The position numbers and the translations under genes are program-made. A stretch of 32,000 bases of DNA from Bdellovibrionales bacterium (GTDB lineage Bacteria > Bdellovibrionota > Bdellovibrionia > Bdellovibrionales > UBA1609). The stretch is from the NCBI GenBank assembly GCA_965247685.1, contig OZ252021.1, positions 930,001-962,000 of the forward strand. Reading direction: 5' to 3'. Below the pieces are notes generated by a model. It made no database searches and was not told where the DNA came from. It saw only the letters and a program-made list of their open reading frames with translations. Of the stretch, positions 27,505 to 32,000 are shown in pieces; position 1 is the first letter of the stretch, and every line of letters begins with the position of its first letter.

Positions 27505-29138
27505 TTGATTTTTCTCATATTTTCGTTTAGCTTGTATTTTGATTTTTATAGGGGGAATGATAATGATAAAATATATTTTAATTTCTTTTTTAGTTCTTAA
27601 CTGTGCGTCCGTTTTTGCAAATGTAGGTTATGTTGATTTTGATCAAGTTTTGAAAAAAACTAAAGGTGGCAAGTCCATTAAAGAAAGAGAAACTCACGGC
27701 GAAATTGGCGTAGGTGTGAACTATCAGCAACGGGGTGAGAAGCTTGGGAGTGTAGAAAATTTTGGTGTTGAAGCTTTTCTTCGGCAAAACATCTTTGGTT
27801 TAGATCAAACTATCCGAGGAAGTGTCAATTTGAATTTTGTGACCACTTCGCTGAATGTTCAATATATAGATCCTCATATATTCGATTCAGATTGGTATGC
27901 TAGTTTCGAAGTTTTGTATGAAAACTCAAAGTGGAGCCAATCCTTAAGGACAAACTTAAAAGATTATTTAAATGATTCATCGTCTTCAAATAAAACTGCT
28001 CAAAATAATTTAGAAAATTCATCCGAAGAATCGGAGACAAATCATCCCTATCTACTTCTTTCTGGAAGACCTTACACTATTGAACGAAGGGGTTTTCGAT
28101 TTGCTTTAGGTTACTGGCTGAAAGATAAATGGAAAATACTGCCAAATGTAGGTTTTATGGATGTGAATATGAGAGAATTGGCAGAAAGTATTTCGATAGG
28201 GCTTGGTTCCAGTGTTCGTGAAAATTTTCAACTAGATGCCTCTGAGGGGTTTCGTGCTTTAATAGGAGGCTCTGTAGAGTATAATGGAAAAAATGACTCT
28301 CTTTTTCCTACAGAAGGGATTCATACTCGGTTGGTCTCAGACTATATTTATAAATTCCCTTCTTCTGAATTTCATGCTGTCAATTTGTTCAAAATCGATG
28401 GGTCTTTCAGTCATTATGTGAATCTTCAGGATTTATTTTCCTACTTGAATCTAAGCTCTTTCAAATGGGCGAATTACTTGGCTCATGTCACATTAAAGAA
28501 TAAGGTGCAGTATGGTCATGTGATCTCATTGGATTCAAATTCATTTATTCCTGTGGATCTTCTATATCTACTGGGAGGACCTTTAGATTTAAGAGGGTAC
28601 TCTCTGCTTTCTATAGGAAAATCTATTCGTATTCCAAGACCTAATGGAGAGTTACCTCCTTATTCTGTTCCTTATGGAGGGGCTCAGCAATGGGTTTATA
28701 ATTTAGAGTTGCAATTTCCTATTTTGTTAAGAAGTCGCCTTTATGGGATGCTATTTTTTGATGTAGGACAAGCAGATGATTTGTTATTTCAAAAAATTTT
28801 CAAAAAAGGCTGGAGTATTTTGAAAAAAGACGTTGGAGTGGGTGTTTCTTGGGCTTCTCCCATAGGTCCTTTACACTTGAAACTTGGATTTCCCATCGGT
28901 GATAGTCAAAAAGATTTTTTTGAAGACAAAGAATTTCATTTCAATATTAGCTATGATTTTTAGTTGATTTTTCTCATATTTTCGTTTAGCTTGTATTTTG
29001 ATTTTTTATAGGGGGAATGATAATGATAAAACATATTTTAATTTCTTTTTTGGTTCTTAACTGTGCGTCCGTTTTTGCAAATGTAGGTTATGTTGATTTT
29101 GATCAAGTTTTGAAAAAGACTAAAGGTGGCAAGTCCAT
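26218..29138. repeat. Direct tandem duplication, unit ~1.46 kb (copy A 26218-27679; copy B 27680-29138)
   Basis: Copy A is the bamA barrel-coding part, the 52-nt spacer and the first 41 codons of skp. Copy B repeats all of this collinearly. The offset is 1462 nt at the left edge, 1459 after a 3-nt deletion, and 1460 after a 1-nt spacer indel. It includes a 330-nt identical tract. Confidence 0.95.
27557..28963 (+). CDS. Chimeric Skp-leader::BamA-barrel protein (predicted POTRA-less Omp85-family outer membrane protein)
   Basis: The first 41 codons (MIMIKYILISFLVLNCASVFANVGYVDFDQVLKKTKGGKSI) are nearly identical to the skp 5' end. They are fused in frame at 27679/27680 to KERETHGEIGVGVNY..., homologous to BamA from the KERETYGEFGGGVNY segment to its C-terminus. 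Intact 468-aa frame with the same GGGGGA RBS as skp. The ORF-track TTG at 27539 is less likely. Confidence 0.8.
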   Translation: MIMIKYILISFLVLNCASVFANVGYVDFDQVLKKTKGGKSIKERETHGEIGVGVNYQQRGEKLGSVENFGVEAFLRQNIFGLDQTIRGSVNLNFVTTSLNVQYIDPHIFDSDWYASFEVLYENSKWSQSLRTNLKDYLNDSSSSNKTAQNNLENSSEESETNHPYLLLSGRPYTIERRGFRFALGYWLKDKWKILPNVGFMDVNMRELAESISIGLGSSVRENFQLDASEGFRALIGGSVEYNGKNDSLFPTEGIHTRLVSDYIYKFPSSEFHAVNLFKIDGSFSHYVNLQDLFSYLNLSSFKWANYLAHVTLKNKVQYGHVISLDSNSFIPVDLLYLLGGPLDLRGYSLLSIGKSIRIPRPNGELPPYSVPYGGAQQWVYNLELQFPILLRSRLYGMLFFDVGQADDLLFQKIFKKGWSILKKDVGVGVSWASPIGPLHLKLGFPIGDSQKDFFEDKEFHFNISYDF

Positions 29139-29517
29139 AACTAGTCGATTCGAAAAAGAAGTGATAAAAAAACAAGGTGAGTTACAAAAGCAAGAAAAAT
29201 CTATTCAAAAAGAAAAAGACAAATTAGACGCAGAAATTAATTTACTTTCTGATTCAGAAAAAAGAAACCGCGCACAAAAATTTCAAATGCGTATTGCAGG
29301 TTATGAAAGACTTAAGGTGAATTTTCAAAAAGAACTGAGTGAGTATCAACAAAAACTTGTTTTTGGGATTGTTAAAAATTTAAAACCTGTAGTTCGAAAA
29401 ATTGCTAAAGAGAAAAAATATACAGCAGTAAAAAGGCTTTCTCCAGATACTTTGTGGGTGGATCCTTCTTTGGATATAACTAAAGAAGTCATTAAGGCCT
29501 ACAATAAGAAGTATTAA
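29017..29517 (+). CDS. skp: Skp/OmpH-family periplasmic chaperone
   Basis: Signal peptide ILISFLVLNCASVFA. About 145-aa mature protein rich in K/E/Q coiled-coil sequence (FEKEVIKKQGELQKQEKSIQKEKDKLDAEINLL). Classic position downstream of bamA. Confidence 0.8.
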   Translation: MIMIKHILISFLVLNCASVFANVGYVDFDQVLKKTKGGKSITSRFEKEVIKKQGELQKQEKSIQKEKDKLDAEINLLSDSEKRNRAQKFQMRIAGYERLKVNFQKELSEYQQKLVFGIVKNLKPVVRKIAKEKKYTAVKRLSPDTLWVDPSLDITKEVIKAYNKKY

Positions 29518-29539
29518 TTTCATCGCCTAAAAAAATACA

Positions 29540-30475
29540 ATGAAAGTTTACAGTAACCACTCTTTGTACGATGGGGAGACTCCTTGTGCTTTAACATTGG
29601 GAACTTTTGATGGAGTTCACCTAGGTCATCAAAAAGTTATCAAGCAAATGGTTCAATATGCTCAAAAGCATTCTTGTCCTGCGGTATTGTTTACTTTTGA
29701 CTCTCATCCACTGGAATGGACTCAACCTGAATCGGGTGTAAAACGTTTGTTTTCTATTGACGAATTGAGCCGAAATATGGATTCGGCTGGAGTTCATCAT
29801 CTGATTATTCAGAAGTTTTCAAAAGGATTTTCTGAAATATCAGCTTCTGTTTTTTTTGAAAAATATGTTTATGAAATTTTTAAGCCTGCTTGTATTTTTG
29901 CAGGTTACGATCTGAAATTTGGTCGAAATAGACAGGGAAATATTGAATTTTTAAAAAAATATGCCCAAAAATTTTCTTTTCAAGTGCAAGAAGTGAATCC
30001 TGAGTATTTGGATGGAAAAATTATCTCCAGCTCTCGGATCAGGGAAGCTTTTCATCAATCCGATTTTGAGAAAATTCATCAACTGAGAGGGCAGCCTTTT
30101 TCTTTTGAAGGAGAGGTGGTTTCTGGCGCTGATAGAGGAACTAGAATTGGGTTTCCCACAGCTAATATTCAAACTTTGTGCACTTTACCCCAAACAGGTG
30201 TCTATATTTGTCAACTTTTTGTACATAATCATACCTACCATGGGGTTATGAATATTGGGGTGAATCCCACATTTGAATCTTCCCATCCATCTGGAGAGCT
30301 CAAGGTAGAAGTTCACCTGCTCAACCAAGAAAAGCTGTCTTTAAGAGGGCAAAAAGCACTCATTTTTGTTTTGAAACGATTAAGGAGCGAGAAAAAATTC
30401 AAAGATATTCCTTCTTTGCAAAGTCAAATCAAATCCGATATCCAAAAAGCCCATATTTACTTCAGTAAAAAATAA
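29540..30475 (+). CDS. ribF: Bifunctional riboflavin kinase / FMN adenylyltransferase
   Basis: N-terminal nucleotidyltransferase motif GTFDGVHLGHQ. Riboflavin-kinase motifs GADRGTRIGFPTANI and GVMNIGVNPTF. 311 aa. Confidence 0.9.
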   Translation: MKVYSNHSLYDGETPCALTLGTFDGVHLGHQKVIKQMVQYAQKHSCPAVLFTFDSHPLEWTQPESGVKRLFSIDELSRNMDSAGVHHLIIQKFSKGFSEISASVFFEKYVYEIFKPACIFAGYDLKFGRNRQGNIEFLKKYAQKFSFQVQEVNPEYLDGKIISSSRIREAFHQSDFEKIHQLRGQPFSFEGEVVSGADRGTRIGFPTANIQTLCTLPQTGVYICQLFVHNHTYHGVMNIGVNPTFESSHPSGELKVEVHLLNQEKLSLRGQKALIFVLKRLRSEKKFKDIPSLQSQIKSDIQKAHIYFSKK

Positions 30476-30533
30476 GTTTTATCTCAATATTTGTCAAAAA
30501 GAAACCGATAGCCTCAAAGAAGGTGTGCATATT

Positions 30534-32000
30534 ATGTCAGGATTAGCTCAAAAAAAAAAGACAAATAATATTGGTGAACTTCTTGTTCAGAAAAATATCA
30601 TACCTAAAAGTCAACTTCTAGAGTTGCAGAAAAAATCCGGCTATAAAAATCAAAATGTATTATCCGTTTTATTGGAATCTGGTCATGTTTCTGAAAAAGA
30701 GATGGTTCATTTTTTATCGGAACAATATAGCTATCAAGTGGTTGAATTAGATAATTTTGATATTTCAAAAGATATTATTAAATTAGTACCTCAAAAGTTT
30801 TGTGAAAAATTTGATGTCATTCCTATTTCTCGTTTAGGAGATGTTCTTGTTCTAGCTGTATCTAATCCTTTGAATAATCAAGTACTCAAAGATCAGCTTC
30901 TTTTTACAACAGGTTGTAAGGCGGAATTTGTTCTTACCACTTCCAGTTCTATTCGAAATGCTATTGCCAGATGCTATGAAGACGTGGAAGAGAATATTCA
31001 TAGACTTTATGCAGATATTGAGGCTTCGGGTGCACGTTTTCAAAGGAATATGGCGGAACAAGAAGCTGCAGGCGAAAATGAAGATGAAAATGTAGGTATT
31101 GTTTACCTCAATAATAAAGATGAGGAGCCTGTTATTCAATTTGTGAATCGAATGATTACAAGTGCTCAAAACAAAAGAGCGTCAGATATACATATCGAAA
31201 CATATGAAAAATCTTGTCGAATTCGTTTTCGTATTGATGGCAGATTGCATGAAATTTTTAATCCTCAAAAATCTATTTCTAATTTTATTGTGAGTCGTAT
31301 GAAGATTATGTCTAAGTTGGATATTGGTGAGAGAAGAAAACCACAAGACGGAAGAATGAAAGTGAAATTTAAAAATGGAAAAGAACTTTCGTTCCGTGTA
31401 TCGACAACGCCGACTATCGCAGGCGAAAAAATCGTGATGCGGATATTAGATGATACGGCAGTGTCTTATGGTTTAGGAGAGCTTGGAATGAATGAAAGGG
31501 AAGCCGGATTATTTGAAGGTAATTTAAATCGACCTCAGGGTATGGTTCTGATTACTGGACCGACAGGAAGTGGAAAGACGACGACTATCTACACAGGTTT
31601 GAAAATTTTAAATACACCTGACAGAAATATTTCTACTGCAGAAGACCCTATCGAGTATAATATTGAAGGGCTCAATCAAGTACAAATAAATGCTAAAATT
31701 GGCCTCACTTTTGCGAGCACTCTTCGTGCTTTTTTAAGGCAAGATCCAGATGTTATTCTTATTGGTGAGATTCGAGATCATGAAACAGCAGAAATTGCTT
31801 TTAAAGCAGCTGCAACAGGTCACTTAGTGGTGAGTACTTTACACACCAATGATACTCCGTCATCTGTGACTCGATTATTGGATATTGGAATTCCTGATTA
31901 TTCTATTTCTGAGAATGTGAGTCTTGTCGTAGGACAAAGGCTGTTAAGAAGGTTATGTCCGAAGTGTCAAGTTCTTGACTCTACTGTTTCTAAAGAATCT
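30534..32000 (+). CDS. pilB: Type IV pilus assembly ATPase PilB / GspE family; 3' end runs off the window
   Basis: Not in the ORF track because there is no stop before the window end. I translated it manually from the ATG at 30534 (RBS GAAGGTG upstream), giving 489 open codons. T2SSE_N-type N-domain (IGELLVQKNIIPKSQLLELQ...), Walker A GPTGSGKTTT, Walker B DPDVILIGEIRD, His box GHLVVSTLHTND, then CPKC. Confidence 0.9.
   Translation, partial: MSGLAQKKKTNNIGELLVQKNIIPKSQLLELQKKSGYKNQNVLSVLLESGHVSEKEMVHFLSEQYSYQVVELDNFDISKDIIKLVPQKFCEKFDVIPISRLGDVLVLAVSNPLNNQVLKDQLLFTTGCKAEFVLTTSSSIRNAIARCYEDVEENIHRLYADIEASGARFQRNMAEQEAAGENEDENVGIVYLNNKDEEPVIQFVNRMITSAQNKRASDIHIETYEKSCRIRFRIDGRLHEIFNPQKSISNFIVSRMKIMSKLDIGERRKPQDGRMKVKFKNGKELSFRVSTTPTIAGEKIVMRILDDTAVSYGLGELGMNEREAGLFEGNLNRPQGMVLITGPTGSGKTTTIYTGLKILNTPDRNISTAEDPIEYNIEGLNQVQINAKIGLTFASTLRAFLRQDPDVILIGEIRDHETAEIAFKAAATGHLVVSTLHTNDTPSSVTRLLDIGIPDYSISENVSLVVGQRLLRRLCPKCQVLDSTVSKES

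Noticed and set aside
27539-27556. The TTG at 27539 as the start of the chimeric gene (ORF-track coordinates).
   Set aside because: The homologous skp copy starts at the ATG at 29017, preceded by GGGGGA. The identical RBS-ATG arrangement exists at 27551-27559, so the ATG at 27557 (or 27563) is the more parsimonious start.
30561-30640. A possible MshEN-type c-di-GMP-binding motif in the PilB N-terminus (IGELLVQKNIIPKSQLLELQ).
   Set aside because: Only part of the RLGxx(L/V/I)(L/V/I)xxG(L/V/I)(L/V/I)xxxxLxxxLxxQ consensus is met: Asn replaces the central Gly and the last Leu position does not fit. This is generic T2SSE_N similarity and cannot support a ligand-binding claim.
1-32000. A check of the non-coding gaps (4047-4256, 11621-11744, 13310-13625, 18144-18299, 19776-19839, 24193-24274, 30476-30533) and the repeats for mobile elements, CRISPR arrays, tRNA or rRNA genes.
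   Set aside because: I found no cloverleaf-compatible sequence, no short regularly spaced direct repeats, no transposase, integrase or recombinase-like ORF, and no terminal inverted repeats. The only repeats are the two gene-scale tandem duplications reported above.

Overview
Visibly AT-rich, almost fully coding chromosomal segment from a diderm (Gram-negative) bacterium. The gene content (DUF1844, MoxR/Bat operon, GldFG-like ABC system, TadE-like proteins, PilB) fits a Bdellovibrionota/Oligoflexia- or deltaproteobacterium-like organism, but the taxon cannot be fixed without a database search.
Gene order:
- An M16 peptidase pair (+), then htrA, convergent on the minus strand.
- Two TadE-like pseudopilin-type genes (+).
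- A DUF1844 gene and a catalytically dead M48-like membrane protein (-).
- A roughly 25 kb co-directional + strand array with many 4-nt start/stop overlaps: moxR, DUF58, a small TM protein, an 803-aa Cys-rich protein with a TadG-type N-terminus, two tandem LRR paralogs, batA-batB-batC-batD, an mltD-like lytic transglycosylase, a GldA/F/G-like ABC system plus a DUF4340-like gene, lolD, bamA, a Skp-leader::BamA-barrel chimera, skp, ribF, and the 5' part of pilB (runs off the window).
Two independent tandem duplications can be read directly in the DNA:
- An 831-nt unit (11679-13306) duplicates the LRR gene. The second copy carries a 25-nt microhomology deletion that removes the signal-peptide core and shifts the frame.
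- A ~1.46-kb unit (26218-29138) duplicates the BamA beta-barrel, the bamA-skp spacer and the skp leader. It creates an intact in-frame chimeric gene predicted to encode a POTRA-less Omp85 barrel with a Skp signal peptide.
The second candidate system is the Bat/MoxR-vWA operon, which carries Tad-pseudopilin-like components with no Tad machinery in the window. I recognised no rRNA, tRNA, CRISPR array, transposase or integrase. All functional calls rest on motifs I could read in the translations and on synteny; no searches were run.
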